Assembly (NCBI GenBank): GCA_016193365.1
Contig: JACPSI010000120.1
Location: 2,640-66,639, forward strand
Length of the DNA: 64,000 nucleotides
Direction: 5' to 3'
Origin: Ignavibacteriales bacterium
Lineage (GTDB): Bacteria; Bacteroidota; Ignavibacteria; UBA10030
The notes below the pieces were generated by a model. The model was not told where the DNA came from, made no database searches, and saw only the letters and a program-made list of their open reading frames with translations. Below are positions 38,998-49,848 of the stretch, piece by piece. The position numbers were made by a program, and so were the translations under genes. Each line of letters begins with the position of its first letter. The stretch's first letter is position 1.

Positions 38998-40251
38998 TCA
39001 GGAGGCCTTCTCTTCGTTTTTTAATTCACCCTCCAGTGCTTTCACGCGCTCGTTCATCGATTTCACTTCTTCCGTTAGTGCGTGCTTCTCGTGCGCAAGT
39101 TTGACGATGGGGAATAAGAGAAGGCTTATGGCCAATGTCACGAGCGGATACAGCGGATCGAGAATGATGTTGTGCGACGCGATCAGCCAGCGGCAATAGA
39201 ACAGGAAGGCAACGCCGGAAAGAAGCAAACCGACCAGAATTCTTCCCGTGGGAAAGAAAAACAACAGTATGGCGCTCCCGCACAGAAACGTCGTCATCAG
39301 AAGGATTTCCCAACTGTCTGTTCGAACGAAAAAGTTGTCATTCATGATTGAATTAATAATGTACCAAACCTTCCGGCCCAGCGTCGGCCACACAAAAGTT
39401 CTGAAATCAATCAATTCAATGACAACAATCTTTCCACGGTAAATCTCCAGGGAGGATTTTTTTCCACTCCCGTTGTATTTCAACGCAGTAGTCATCATGT
39501 TGGCTTCAACGTGCGCCATTTCTTCCCACGGTTCACGAAATTCCTTCCATCCTTTCGCATAAGCAATACCTTCTCCCCAGAGCGGAATCTTGTGTGAGCC
39601 GATTCGGAATTCGTCATCGCTGAGCTGGACGGCATCCTCTCCCGTTCCAAGAAAGCGCATGATCGCCTGAATTGTCGCATCATACATCAGCTGTCCTTCC
39701 CAAGTATGCCTGACTCCGTAGGGAACGAATTCATAGTAATCCTGGGGACCAGAGCCGGGTATCGTCAGGGGCCCCCACATACTCGTCAGCGAATCGGCGG
39801 CCCGATAACCCGCCACTGGTTCTCCGCTCCACCACGACCCGCGGTCCATCAGTTCCACTGGCCGCACATCAGACCACCACTTGTTGCCGAGAATAACTAT
39901 CCCGGTTTTTTTCATCCTCTCCAGAGATTTCATATTCTCGGGAGTCCTCTCGATACCATCCTTGAAAGGGAAAAGGACAATTTTGGCGTCGGACTTCTTA
40001 AGATCCTCTGCGAGGTCTGCACACCTCTGGATTAGGGTTCTCTGATCAAGGTCGAATGCGGTGAAGTACAAAAGCGATGCTGGTTTTTCGCCCTTAAGGA
40101 CTTCCGGATACCGCCAATCCTTCGGGGCAGTCGCCATTGCGCTATATTTGAGCTCCCAGGCTCTGAAGGCATGCAATGCCGAAACTGTCGATGCGACGAT
40201 AAAAATTACCATTCCAGCAAGGAAGAATTTTATCGCCAGGAGCGGTCTCAT
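38998..40251 (-). CDS. CHASE2-like membrane sensor without output domain
   Basis: N-terminal TM, periplasmic domain, RGKIVVI, IINSIMNDNF, three C-terminal TMs, short coiled coil. Confidence 0.65.
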   Translation of the reverse strand: MRPLLAIKFFLAGMVIFIVASTVSALHAFRAWELKYSAMATAPKDWRYPEVLKGEKPASLLYFTAFDLDQRTLIQRCADLAEDLKKSDAKIVLFPFKDGIERTPENMKSLERMKKTGIVILGNKWWSDVRPVELMDRGSWWSGEPVAGYRAADSLTSMWGPLTIPGSGPQDYYEFVPYGVRHTWEGQLMYDATIQAIMRFLGTGEDAVQLSDDEFRIGSHKIPLWGEGIAYAKGWKEFREPWEEMAHVEANMMTTALKYNGSGKKSSLEIYRGKIVVIELIDFRTFVWPTLGRKVWYIINSIMNDNFFVRTDSWEILLMTTFLCGSAILLFFFPTGRILVGLLLSGVAFLFYCRWLIASHNIILDPLYPLVTLAISLLLFPIVKLAHEKHALTEEVKSMNERVKALEGELKNEEKAS

Positions 40252-40823
40252 GTGTGGATTTCCATTGATGACTTCTTCTTATTTCTACGGAGCCGCCGGG
40301 TAAGAGATGCAGCCGTTATTGCCGCTGCAGTGGGAATGCCGATCCAGATAAGTTCCGAACGAATGACCCGCCAACCTTCTGGGCCGAAAAATCGCGTCAA
40401 CCCGCCGATAGGCGCAACTTCTATCGGCCTCCAAGGAAAGAAATATCTTTGTGAGCTGAACGGCACAAAGAAACCAACGCCATATCCGCCGTACGTAAGC
40501 GCGTCCAGCAATCCATGGGATGCGGTCACAAGAGAGAAAAAAGCTGCATACCGCCACCATTGCGGTGAATACTTTGGGATATCGCGAAAAAAGAGGAGTG
40601 TGACAGAAAAGCCGAGAATGACCGCAAACAAAATTGAGTGCGAGAACCCCCGATGGCCAAACATGTGGCCGTAGGGAACATCGAAGTAGAAAAGAATTAC
40701 ATCGCCGTCCGGGATCAATGAACAATAAGCTGCAAGCAGCCAAAACCTGAGGTCCTGTCTTTCTTGTGAAAAGAGCTTTCCAAACCCCACGGAGGCGATC
40801 GTATGGCCAATAATGGACGGCAT
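40248..40823 (-). CDS. Metal-dependent hydrolase, YdjM/YbcI family
   Basis: GH, PDGD, FGHRGFSHS, SHGLLDALT.GG.GV. Confidence 0.9.
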   Translation of the reverse strand: MPSIIGHTIASVGFGKLFSQERQDLRFWLLAAYCSLIPDGDVILFYFDVPYGHMFGHRGFSHSILFAVILGFSVTLLFFRDIPKYSPQWWRYAAFFSLVTASHGLLDALTYGGYGVGFFVPFSSQRYFFPWRPIEVAPIGGLTRFFGPEGWRVIRSELIWIGIPTAAAITAASLTRRLRRNKKKSSMEIHT

Positions 40824-42225
40824 CTATTGTACCTTCACCACCACGACTGTCGTATCATCGTGCTGTTCAACATTTTTCGTAAACAATCTGATATCGTGAA
40901 CAATGGCATCCCTCAGCTCCTTTGCTGTTGACCCATGATTCTCTTTCGTGAGGCTTTCAAACCGCTCGAAACCATACAGTTGATTGTCATTGTTCATCGC
41001 TTCCGGCACGCCATCGGTGTAGAACACGACGGTATCGCCTCTTCGCAGCCTCATGGTGATTTCCTTGTACTCAAGCTCTTGTTTTACACCGAGCGGCAAT
41101 CGCGCGCCTTTTGTCCTGATATAGCTTACCATTCCATTGCGAATCAGAAGAGGTTGTGATTGCCCGGCGCTCGAGTAGGTGAGATTCTTTGTCTTGAGAT
41201 CGACCGTGGCAAACGAAAGAGCTGTAAATACGCGTTTGTCGGACCTCAGATACAGCGGCCGGTTAAGGCGGGCAAGAATTTCTCTTGGGCTTTGATTCCG
41301 CAGCGCTTCACTGTAGAGCATACCGCTCGTCATCACGGCCGTCATCGCAGCTTTCATGGCTTTTCCCGACACATCGGCCAACGTAAGGCCAAGTTTCGTT
41401 TTCTTCCTGTCGAGCCAGACATAGTCATAAAAATCTCCGCCCACTTCGCTGGCGGGAACGCAAATCCCTGAAATGTCAAAAACCTCTCACGACGAGGTCC
41501 TCATTCGGCATAAGCCCCATTTGCATGTCGTGAGCGATTCTCAGCTCTTCTTTGGCTCCACTTTTTTCCAGAACTTCCGCGTAAATCACAAGAGAAATGA
41601 CCACGAGCGAGCCCGCGGTGAGAAACCATACGGTGATTTTTATTGTGGGCGAGAACGTCATCGGAGGATATAAAAGAAAAAGCCCAAAACCGGTGAGCAT
41701 ATATGAAATTGCGTAGACCCAACGCCTATCGGTAGAGATTTCGTTGAAGATCGCCATTCCAAAATCACTCACCATAATTTTAGCAGCATCTTTCAGTCTG
41801 AGCCTTGACCCTTTTTGTTTTAACTCACGGATCCAGATCTTACTTTTTTTCCCAAGCCTATAGAATGGCCAGGCGACCACCGCATACAGAATCGGGAACA
41901 ACAAGGATTGCCTGAGGATTGCAAATATCGTGTTTGAATCTCTCACGACCTCAGATGTCAATGGAACCAACCCTGCTGCACCAACGCCTCCCACAATCGC
42001 ATGCAAACCCCAAAGGAGATTCTTTTTTCTTCGTATAGCCTCAGTCTGGTAACCGACAAAACCGCTTGCAAGTATCATCAGAACAACAAGGCTTGGAGCA
42101 AGCATCATACCGACTGTAGGATTTAATCGCATATCCGACATCTTGACGAATCTCACCAACGCTAACAAACCCCACCAACCCATTGTTGCGACATATACGC
42201 CAGACCAGTATTTAGACTTAAACAT
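40824..42225 (-). pseudogene. Membrane PP2C/SpoIIE phosphatase split by a +1 frameshift at T5 (41478-41482); pseudogene, recoded gene or sequence error
   Basis: ..ELRIAHDMQMGLMPNEDLVVRGF* continues in +1 frame as DISGICVPASEVGGDFYD..ADVSGK..YTDG..HDD. Confidence 0.85.
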
Positions 42226-42226
42226 G

Positions 42227-44524
42227 CTAATCCACTTTCACCACAACGACAGTCATATCATCATGCTGCGGTGCTGTCCCGGCGAATGCGCGAACATCAT
42301 CGAGAATCCTATCCCTAACATCACGAGCCGTTCCGTTGGCTTCTTTAACGCATCTTTCGAGGCGATCGAAACCATACATTTCTTGCTTGCTGTTCATCGC
42401 CTCAGAAATGCCGTCCGTGTACAAAATTAATGTATTACCTTTCTTCAATTTCACCCGGATTTGCTTGTATCGAACTTGTTCTTTCAGTCCAAGAGGTAGC
42501 CGAACGCCGGGCGGCTTAAGATAAGAGAAAGATCCGTTGAGCGTAATGAGAGGAGCCATTTGTCCGGCGCTCGAGTAGGTTAACAACTTCGCTTTTGTAT
42601 TAATCACAGAGAATGACAAAGCTGTGAAGATACGCTTATCAGACCGCAGGTACAAAGTTCTATTGACTCTAGCAAGAATCAACTTTGCACTTTGACTCTT
42701 TTCAGCCTCGCTGTACAACATCCCGCTCGTCATTACGGCTGTCATTGCTGCTTTCATTGCCTTTCCCGACACGTCAGCCACGGCAATGCCAAGTTTTGTC
42801 TGTTTCCTATCCAGCCAGAGGTAATCGTAAAAATCTCCTCCCACTTCCGAAGCGGGAACACAGACCCCCGCGATATCGTAGCCCGGAACTTTTGGGTCTT
42901 CTGAGGGCATCAATCCAAATTGCATTTCCCTCGCCGTTTTGAGTTCTGTTGCAAGACGAGTCCGTTCTTCCAAATTCTCTGATCGTTCTCGGCTCAGTTC
43001 GTATGGAAATAATATCACAGTGAAGAAACCTATTCCAAAAATCATAGGTGTTAAAAAAAGAATAACCGATGTTTCCACGTAGACAAGGAGCGCAAGCCCG
43101 AATGCGAAAAGGTTTATCAGGAGTGAAAGTCCAAGCCCAACCCATGCACGCATGCGGTAATAACACCATGCATTGATCAGAAGCAGAACTAATCCAATTA
43201 ACCCTGTAATTCTCGATGAAACAATTTTCCGAAACTCGGCATGCTCCGCGCTCACGAGAATTCGTGCGAACATTCCCCCGAGGGAGAGATCATTTCCGGC
43301 AAGGATGCTTGAATACTTTGCGAGGAAGTTGACGATAATTGTCTTCCGCCCTAGACTGTCTAACGACCATTGGCTGGACCGTCTCAGTACTGAGTCCACA
43401 CCCTTACCAGGGACAACTCTGTATTCTGACCATTTCCAGCTCCAGCTGTTCGCCGTGAAGTTCCAAGTATTGCCTTGTGCATCCGCTGATGCATCAAGCC
43501 ATGGATGTCTTGAATATTCTTCAGCAAGGAGGAGATGTTCCTCGTTTTTGAATTTCTCAAAGGATTTGGATGTGATCGTTCCATTTCGTTCTGCCGCAAG
43601 CAGAAATGGTGCAGTTAAGGCATCGTTGTCATCAAATATCCGGCCGACGGGCGCTCTCCAAAAAAATCCGCCTGCTGCAAATGTGAGATTGGAGTACATT
43701 TTGGATGTTCGTACATAACTGGAAACGCCCTCACTTATCGCCAGCAAAATCTTTGAATCCGGACGCGAGATTGTGTTTAGGCTAGTCAAAAACTCATCTT
43801 GCAGCTCATCGACAGAAGGAATTACGACAATCCTCGCTGGATTGTAGCTATGAAGAAATCGTACCAGATCCCAGTTCTGTACTCCTCGGACCTCTACTAC
43901 AACGAGATCGGTTTCGTGAGTCGGCCTGTATCCCCGAAGGTCCGTGAACCATTCATAAGATGGTAGGATACTCAACAAGTTCAGAGGGGTATTAGAAACA
44001 AGAAATGGAGCAAGAGGAAGAAATCCTGCGATCAATGCTATGGTAAGAACGGTTTTACGTGGTCCAGCTTTTGAACGCAACCGTTTCACGATTGGTTGAA
44101 TTGCTAGCACAACAATCAGGACTATAAGTGCCAACAATGGTACAATTCCAAATATTGCCAGGAAATCAGTGGGACGAACTACATATGCTCTTTCATTGAC
44201 TCCAAATATTGGCTGCACGAGACGCGCCATGACGAATGCCACCGAAAGGGCCACAAGAGCAAAAAACAACTGCGCGGCGCGGCTTCTTAGACTCTTCAGA
44301 TCAGGAGGATCGATGATCCTTGCGCGGTATCCGACCGTTACAAGTGCAGCATGAAGTCCGACTGCCAAAAGATTGATGCCTATAGAATAGGCGAGTAGCG
44401 CAAGAGACCAACCGGAGCCCTTCGCGAGAACAAACTGGTGCAGGCTAAACGTCCAAGTCACAATACCGAGAACAATACCGGCACCTGTTAGCACAAGAAT
44501 TTGGCTACGCAATTCTCTTGGCAA
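42227..44524 (-). CDS. Membrane (CHASE2-like) PP2C/SpoIIE (RsbU-type) phosphatase
   Basis: Multiple TMs; ELKTAREMQ, EVGGDFYD, ADVSGK, YTDG, HDDMT. Confidence 0.9.
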   Translation of the reverse strand: MPRELRSQILVLTGAGIVLGIVTWTFSLHQFVLAKGSGWSLALLAYSIGINLLAVGLHAALVTVGYRARIIDPPDLKSLRSRAAQLFFALVALSVAFVMARLVQPIFGVNERAYVVRPTDFLAIFGIVPLLALIVLIVVLAIQPIVKRLRSKAGPRKTVLTIALIAGFLPLAPFLVSNTPLNLLSILPSYEWFTDLRGYRPTHETDLVVVEVRGVQNWDLVRFLHSYNPARIVVIPSVDELQDEFLTSLNTISRPDSKILLAISEGVSSYVRTSKMYSNLTFAAGGFFWRAPVGRIFDDNDALTAPFLLAAERNGTITSKSFEKFKNEEHLLLAEEYSRHPWLDASADAQGNTWNFTANSWSWKWSEYRVVPGKGVDSVLRRSSQWSLDSLGRKTIIVNFLAKYSSILAGNDLSLGGMFARILVSAEHAEFRKIVSSRITGLIGLVLLLINAWCYYRMRAWVGLGLSLLINLFAFGLALLVYVETSVILFLTPMIFGIGFFTVILFPYELSRERSENLEERTRLATELKTAREMQFGLMPSEDPKVPGYDIAGVCVPASEVGGDFYDYLWLDRKQTKLGIAVADVSGKAMKAAMTAVMTSGMLYSEAEKSQSAKLILARVNRTLYLRSDKRIFTALSFSVINTKAKLLTYSSAGQMAPLITLNGSFSYLKPPGVRLPLGLKEQVRYKQIRVKLKKGNTLILYTDGISEAMNSKQEMYGFDRLERCVKEANGTARDVRDRILDDVRAFAGTAPQHDDMTVVVVKVD

Positions 44525-44614
44525 ACCCCGCTCCCTCCAATTTTATTTGTAACATTCCAAGGCTTTAAATGATTTATTGAGAGACCGTGGATTGTGGGAT
44601 GAAGCTTTAGGACG

Positions 44615-44959
44615 TCACCAGCCCTTCAGTGCATCTTCTTCCGTCTCGTGAATGCCGAGATGCTCCGTGAGTCCAATGATATCGAAGACTTTTCGCATGT
44701 GGGAGGAAAGGCCGGTTGCGCGGAGGGATTGTTTTTTTTGTTCGCATTCAAGTGCGAGAGAAATGATGACGCGGAGGCCCGCGCTGTTGATGAAGGTTTC
44801 AGGATGGAATTTGAGCAGGATGTTTTTGGCGCGTTTTGCAGTTATGTCATGATACGCGCCAAGGATTGCTTCTTCTGACTGGTCGGAGATGTCCCCGGTC
44901 ATTTCAATGGTGGCGGTCTTCTTACCGACGGCCGATGAGACTTTGGTAGGATTCGCCAT
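44615..44959 (-). CDS. STAS-domain anti-anti-sigma factor
   Basis: FINSAGL, VFDIIGL; GGGAGG RBS. Confidence 0.9.
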   Translation of the reverse strand: MANPTKVSSAVGKKTATIEMTGDISDQSEEAILGAYHDITAKRAKNILLKFHPETFINSAGLRVIISLALECEQKKQSLRATGLSSHMRKVFDIIGLTEHLGIHETEEDALKGW

Positions 44960-44976
44960 GCAGCCTCCCTGACAGG

Positions 44977-45318
44977 CTACTGCTTGTAGCTTGCGACCGC
45001 CCGTTCGACGGTCTCATACTCCTTGAAAACTTTGACCAACTGGGTAACAACAAGAACGCTCTCAACTTTGTCAGTCAATGCAGCCAGACGCAAATCCCCG
45101 CCTTTGTTTTTCACTGAGGTGAGAGAGGCAATCAAAGTTCCCAGGCCGGAACTGTTGATCCACCGGACGCCTTTGAGGTCGAGCACCATTTTTTTGAATC
45201 CTTCTTGCAGTAGGCCGTAGATCTTGTCGCGGAGCTCCGTCGTGTGGGGCTCACCCATGAGGTTACCCTTCAGGGATATAACGGCAACATCTCCGTGCAT
45301 TTTTTCTTTGATCGTCAT
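44977..45318 (-). CDS. STAS-domain anti-anti-sigma factor
   Basis: LDL..V.WINSSGLGTL, GGDLRL; GGAGG RBS. Confidence 0.93.
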   Translation of the reverse strand: MTIKEKMHGDVAVISLKGNLMGEPHTTELRDKIYGLLQEGFKKMVLDLKGVRWINSSGLGTLIASLTSVKNKGGDLRLAALTDKVESVLVVTQLVKVFKEYETVERAVASYKQ

Positions 45319-45371
45319 GACAACACCTCCAAAGATACATTGTCATAGGAGCATGAACGCTACAGCGAGCA

Positions 45372-45400
45372 ATGGTACAACGTTTTTGGCCGATTGTCAA
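45372..45400 (-). promoter_or_regulatory. Sigma70-type promoter of STAS/PP2C operon
   Basis: TTGACA-17bp-TACCAT. Confidence 0.65.
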
Positions 45401-45450
45401 CGGTCAGCGCCGGGTGAGCTTCTCTTTCCGACTTGGTTTCATCCCTTTCG

Positions 45451-46689
45451 CTAAAACCTGCTGATATCCCTTCCAAAAACCAGAGTCTTGAACCAGTCGA
45501 AGACAACGAGGACCTTGTTTTTGAAACTTACGAGTCGCGTCAGGTATGCCGACCTCCAGAACAACCACGTGGAAAACCCTTTGCCTTTCACAGCAGCAAG
45601 ATCCGCCAGCGCCCGGTTACTTCCTACGTAGGCAAGCATCCCATAGTGACGATACTGAAAAGGTTTTACGGGAAGGCCTCGTTCTCTTTTCGAAAGCATT
45701 TGAGCTAGATACTTTCCTTCCTGCTGGGCGACCTGCGCCGTCGCTGGAAAGTTTTGGCCTCTCGGCGTTGCACAGTCGCCCAGGGCATACAGTCCTTGTG
45801 CGCCTGAAACCTGAAAAAAACCGTCGGTTTGAAGCCGGGAGAATGAATCCTTTTCCAGCGTTAACGTTTTGACCAAGGGTTGCGGACCAACACCGGCCGT
45901 CCACACAACGAGCCCGTAGGGAATTCTTGTTTTGTCCTTTAAATAAATGTTCTTAGCGTCTATTTTAGTAACCAGCGAGCCTGTACGCAGTTGGATATTC
46001 TGTCGTTTAAAGAGCCGCGCAGTGTAATCGCTGAGCGCAGCGTCGAATGTGCTGAGAATGTGTTCTGTCGCCTCAAGCAGCAGAATGCTGACTTTTGCCG
46101 AAAGCTCACGGTAGATTCTTCGGATATCTTCTTCAAGGAAATCGTGCACCTCCGCCGCAAACTCGACTCCCGTTGGCCCGCCGCCCACAACAACAAAGTG
46201 GAGCAAACGGTCCTGTTCCTCACTCGAAACCATCGGTTGCGCTGCCTGCTCAAAGCATTCGACAATTCTTTGCCGAATTGCGCGTGCATCCGATAATTCC
46301 TTGAGGAAAAGGGCGTGTTCCTTCACGCCCGGGACTCCATAGGTGTTTACGGAAGCGCCCACGGCCATGACAAGTATATCGTAGTTCAGCTTGAACTCTT
46401 TTCTGTCAAACTGTCCCTCGCATCGTATGACACGTTTCTTGACATCAATAGCGGTGCATTCGGCCTGGAAATACTCGACGTTCGAGCGGACAGAGCGAAT
46501 GGGTTCGATGATGCTTCGAAATTCAATCGTCCCGACCGTTGTGCTCGGCAACAGCGGCGTGAAAATAAAGTGGTTCCGCGGGCTGACTACTGTCACGTTG
46601 AGGAGATCGAGGTCGATGTTCTTGAGAAAACTCAGGGCAGCGAACCCCGAGCCCAGCACGACAACCTTCTTTTTTGGAGTTGATTTCAT
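45451..46689 (-). CDS. ndh: Type II NADH dehydrogenase
   Basis: LGSGFAA, FTPLLPS, GGGPTGVEFAAE, GDC..ATAQVAQQEG, FGRDISRF. Confidence 0.93.
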   Translation of the reverse strand: MKSTPKKKVVVLGSGFAALSFLKNIDLDLLNVTVVSPRNHFIFTPLLPSTTVGTIEFRSIIEPIRSVRSNVEYFQAECTAIDVKKRVIRCEGQFDRKEFKLNYDILVMAVGASVNTYGVPGVKEHALFLKELSDARAIRQRIVECFEQAAQPMVSSEEQDRLLHFVVVGGGPTGVEFAAEVHDFLEEDIRRIYRELSAKVSILLLEATEHILSTFDAALSDYTARLFKRQNIQLRTGSLVTKIDAKNIYLKDKTRIPYGLVVWTAGVGPQPLVKTLTLEKDSFSRLQTDGFFQVSGAQGLYALGDCATPRGQNFPATAQVAQQEGKYLAQMLSKRERGLPVKPFQYRHYGMLAYVGSNRALADLAAVKGKGFSTWLFWRSAYLTRLVSFKNKVLVVFDWFKTLVFGRDISRF

Positions 46690-46778
46690 CAGAGGCGCGG
46701 TCAATGTACCAAATAACTCTACTTCGTGCAAAGCACTTTCAGGAAGTTTTTTGTATGATGCGATAATTCCAATACTTT

Positions 46779-47600
46779 ATGATGAACGAAATTCACATCA
46801 GGAATCTGGACGACCCCTCGCTTCAACCTTACCGGACTCTGAGACAGGCTGTTGAGCACCGGAAGAAGGGGATCTTCGTCGCTGAGGGCGAAAAGGTTGT
46901 GCGGCGATTACTTGAAAGCGATGTGAACGTCGTTTCAACCCTTCTGACACCGCAGTGGCTTGCAACGTACAGGAATTCGATTGAATCTCGAAGGGAGAAC
47001 ATCGAGGTCTTTGTGGCAGAGAAGAAACTGCTGGAGACTATCGTCGGGTTTCCCTTGCATCAGGGGATTATGGCCGTGGGAAAAATCCCGATGCCGGGAA
47101 CCCTCGAGGAGATTCTGGCACGAAATGTACGGCCTCATTTTTTCGTAGCAGTCGACGGGTTGACGAACTCGGAAAACCTTGGTGTTCTCGTGCGCAATTG
47201 TGCTGCGTTCGGTGTTCAGGCTTTACTTGTCGGCGAAACCTCGAGCAGTCCGTATCTGCGAAGGGCAGTCAGAAATTCCATGGGGGCGGTCTTCAAACTT
47301 CCGGTCATTGAATGCTCAAGCCTGACGGACTCGCTTGTAGCATTGAAGCAAAACCATGATACACGTGTGATTGCGGCTCATCCGCACGCAGAACAGAAAA
47401 CCCCGGCAAGGGCAGATTTGAAACAGAATTGCTGCCTGGTGTTCGGCAGCGAAGGAAACGGCGTTTCTTCTCGCGTGCTTGAGTGTTGCGACGACATTGT
47501 TGCTGTCCCGATGGAAAACAGCATCGATTCCCTTAACGTGGCCAGCGCAAGCGCGGTGTTTTTGTACGAGGTGAGGAGACAGCGTCAGGAAAAAGAGTGA
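46779..47600 (+). CDS. TrmH/SpoU family RNA methyltransferase
   Basis: FVAEG, NLG..VRN..AFG, FGSEG.G, DSLNVA. Confidence 0.93.
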   Translation: MMNEIHIRNLDDPSLQPYRTLRQAVEHRKKGIFVAEGEKVVRRLLESDVNVVSTLLTPQWLATYRNSIESRRENIEVFVAEKKLLETIVGFPLHQGIMAVGKIPMPGTLEEILARNVRPHFFVAVDGLTNSENLGVLVRNCAAFGVQALLVGETSSSPYLRRAVRNSMGAVFKLPVIECSSLTDSLVALKQNHDTRVIAAHPHAEQKTPARADLKQNCCLVFGSEGNGVSSRVLECCDDIVAVPMENSIDSLNVASASAVFLYEVRRQRQEKE

Positions 47601-47605
47601 ATAAA

Positions 47606-47641
47606 CAATATCGAACAGAAAGAACTTCGAATGACGAAGTT
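47606..47641 (+). repeat. Dispersed AATATCGAA...GAATGACGAAGT repeat (copy 2)
   Basis: Matches 4138-4171. Confidence 0.6.
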
Positions 47642-47871
47642 CAGAGCTTTGGCTCGGGCGGGGGAAGGGCTCGGGCTTTGATTTCTGAACGAAAGCCAAT
47701 TTCTTTGTGTGTACTGTCGCAAAACGGTTTATCCTTGCTGTGGCCGCACCGGCAAAGAGCTATCCGAGTCCTGCCTGCGAGATCGAACTTGTTCCCCTCC
47801 TTGTCGAACAACTCAAAATCGCCTTCCACCCGAATGCTTCCGTCCGTTCGCACCGTGATTTTTGTCGACAT
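47641..47871 (-). CDS. CDGSH iron-sulfur domain protein
   Basis: LCRCGHSKDKPFCDSTH. Confidence 0.93.
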   Translation of the reverse strand: MSTKITVRTDGSIRVEGDFELFDKEGNKFDLAGRTRIALCRCGHSKDKPFCDSTHKEIGFRSEIKARALPPPEPKL

Positions 47872-47887
47872 GTCAACGTCTCCGTCT

Positions 47888-48457
47888 TCAATGAGAATTC
47901 TGTTTGTTGTTTGTTTTCACTTTGAAATCGATCCACACCTCTGTCGTCTCCCACATAATTTTCAGGACGCCGGATGTCGTGTTGGTTTTTGCCAATTCAA
48001 TCGTGAGTTTCTCGACCGGCTCTTTCAACGTGCGCTTTTTCAACGGTAGCCGGACAAGGTCGTACTCCGGATTGTAGACCGTCCCCCACTGTCCTGTCTG
48101 TTTGTTGATCATGATTTTCCATTGTGTTTCTGAGGGCAAGGTGTACAACGTATATTCGCCTTTCGGAATGAGGCTGTCCCCCAAGACGAGGTCTGCTTCT
48201 GTTTTAAACGACGTTGCCTCGTTTGCTCCGGTGCGCCACCACTGGTTGAACGGTCGTAACCCTCCAAAAATTTTCCTTCCTCTCATCGACGGGCGGCCAT
48301 AGTCAATGAAAATGCGTTTTCCTGCGATTCTCACCTCGACGGAATCGCGCGGGCTGAGAATGGGTTGTTGCGCCGTAGAGAGAGAACTACATATTATTGA
48401 CGCGGCAGCAATAATGGCCGAAAAAGAGATGTTCATCATCGTTCGAGAACTAGTCAT
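47888..48457 (-). CDS. DUF2911 domain protein
   Basis: [32 protein letters not shown]. Confidence 0.9.
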   Translation of the reverse strand: MTSSRTMMNISFSAIIAAASIICSSLSTAQQPILSPRDSVEVRIAGKRIFIDYGRPSMRGRKIFGGLRPFNQWWRTGANEATSFKTEADLVLGDSLIPKGEYTLYTLPSETQWKIMINKQTGQWGTVYNPEYDLVRLPLKKRTLKEPVEKLTIELAKTNTTSGVLKIMWETTEVWIDFKVKTNNKQNSH

Positions 48458-48968
48458 TGATTAATTGTTTCTGATTTTCAAGATAAACGTCATACGTATG
48501 CTGGTCGAAGCAAACAACCGTCACCTTTTCTAATGCTTCATTCCTGTGAAAGGCATTTTGGATTTCTTGAAGAGCGATGGTGGATGCCTTCTCAACAGGA
48601 AAACCGTATGCTCCCGTACTAATGGAGGGAAATGCCAATGTTCTCATACCGTGTAGCTCTGCCAATTCGAACGAAGAGCGATAACAACTCGCCAACAGAA
48701 TATCTTCGTTATGACTTCCTCCTTGCCAGACTGGTCCCACGGTATGAATGACATATTTCGACGGCAGGTTGTAGCCCTTTGTGATTTTTGCGTTCCCTGT
48801 GTCGCATCCGCCCAGTTTCATGCACTCTTCACGCAACTTCGGGCCAGCGGCTCGATGAATAGCCCCGTCAACCCCTCCGCCACCCAGCAGAGAATTGTTC
48901 GCCGCGTTGACGATGGCATCAACGACGAGCCGGGTAATGTCGCCCCTGATGATTTCGAGTTGTCCCAC
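48450..48968 (-). CDS. ymdB: Macro domain O-acetyl-ADP-ribose deacetylase
   Basis: [38 protein letters not shown]. Confidence 0.93.
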   Translation of the reverse strand: MGQLEIIRGDITRLVVDAIVNAANNSLLGGGGVDGAIHRAAGPKLREECMKLGGCDTGNAKITKGYNLPSKYVIHTVGPVWQGGSHNEDILLASCYRSSFELAELHGMRTLAFPSISTGAYGFPVEKASTIALQEIQNAFHRNEALEKVTVVCFDQHTYDVYLENQKQLIND

Positions 48969-48970
48969 GT

Positions 48971-49837
48971 TTATGCGGCCGGTTCAAGCGGCCTCGCTAC
49001 CATAATCCCGATTTGTCTCTTATTTCCTGCAAGATAGTCTGCAAGCGGTTTTTCTGAAATCGTCACTTTCTTTCCTGCAAGCGGCGCATGGAGATAGTAT
49101 GCCTCACCGTTTCGGCGAATCACAACGCCGGTATGCGAAGTATCAAGGCCTTCAATGTCCGTGGTGATGCCGAGGATGTCGCCGTTGAGGAGTTTGCCGG
49201 ATATTCCTGCAACAAAATCCTTCGGAACATGGAACAATTCTCTCGCGTTGATTTCCTGCTCTTGTTGCTGAATTGTTTTCACGAATTCCGAGTTCTCTTT
49301 CAGCTGGAGATAGCTCTCTGGGTGCGTGGACATAAAATTGACCGTTTTGGCAAATCGCACGCCGCCGAGATCCTTCGTCACGTTCTTCCAGACACCCTTT
49401 TTTTCATTGTCATGAATGTAATCCGACGTGTAGTGCAGGCGGCTCGGGTATCGGTCGATTTTTCCGTTGCGATACCGGATAAACTGCAGTTCCGCCTTGT
49501 AGTCATCGAACGTCATCCTGTTTTTCTTAACGCACCGTGCAAACACCAGCGCGTTTTCGTAGAACGAGACACAGTCGAGCCCGCTCATGTTCACAATGAG
49601 CCGTTCTTCGCCCGGGACTTCAAGCGCATGTGCCACATACTCCGTCCCGACAAACGTCTTGCCTATTTCCACCACCACGTCGCCGATGGGTTTGTTGTGA
49701 AGCCCGAGAGAAACGGCAATCGCAAACTTGTTTTTGCAGATAAGCAAGTCGTCATCTTCGCCAAATCCAGTGAATCCCGGCCAGGGCGAGAGCGCCACAC
49801 CAGCAGGAAGTAAAGAAAGAAATGTTCTTCGTTTCAT
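48971..49837 (-). CDS. DUF1460 amidase-like protein, Tat-like signal
   Basis: [30 protein letters not shown]. Confidence 0.85.
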   Translation of the reverse strand: MKRRTFLSLLPAGVALSPWPGFTGFGEDDDLLICKNKFAIAVSLGLHNKPIGDVVVEIGKTFVGTEYVAHALEVPGEERLIVNMSGLDCVSFYENALVFARCVKKNRMTFDDYKAELQFIRYRNGKIDRYPSRLHYTSDYIHDNEKKGVWKNVTKDLGGVRFAKTVNFMSTHPESYLQLKENSEFVKTIQQQEQEINARELFHVPKDFVAGISGKLLNGDILGITTDIEGLDTSHTGVVIRRNGEAYYLHAPLAGKKVTISEKPLADYLAGNKRQIGIMVARPLEPAA

Positions 49838-49848
49838 GGCAATAGTCC

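Noticed and set aside
41476..41478. Selenocysteine or readthrough at the TGA
   Set aside because: In-frame readthrough gives unrelated sequence; homology continues only in the +1 frame
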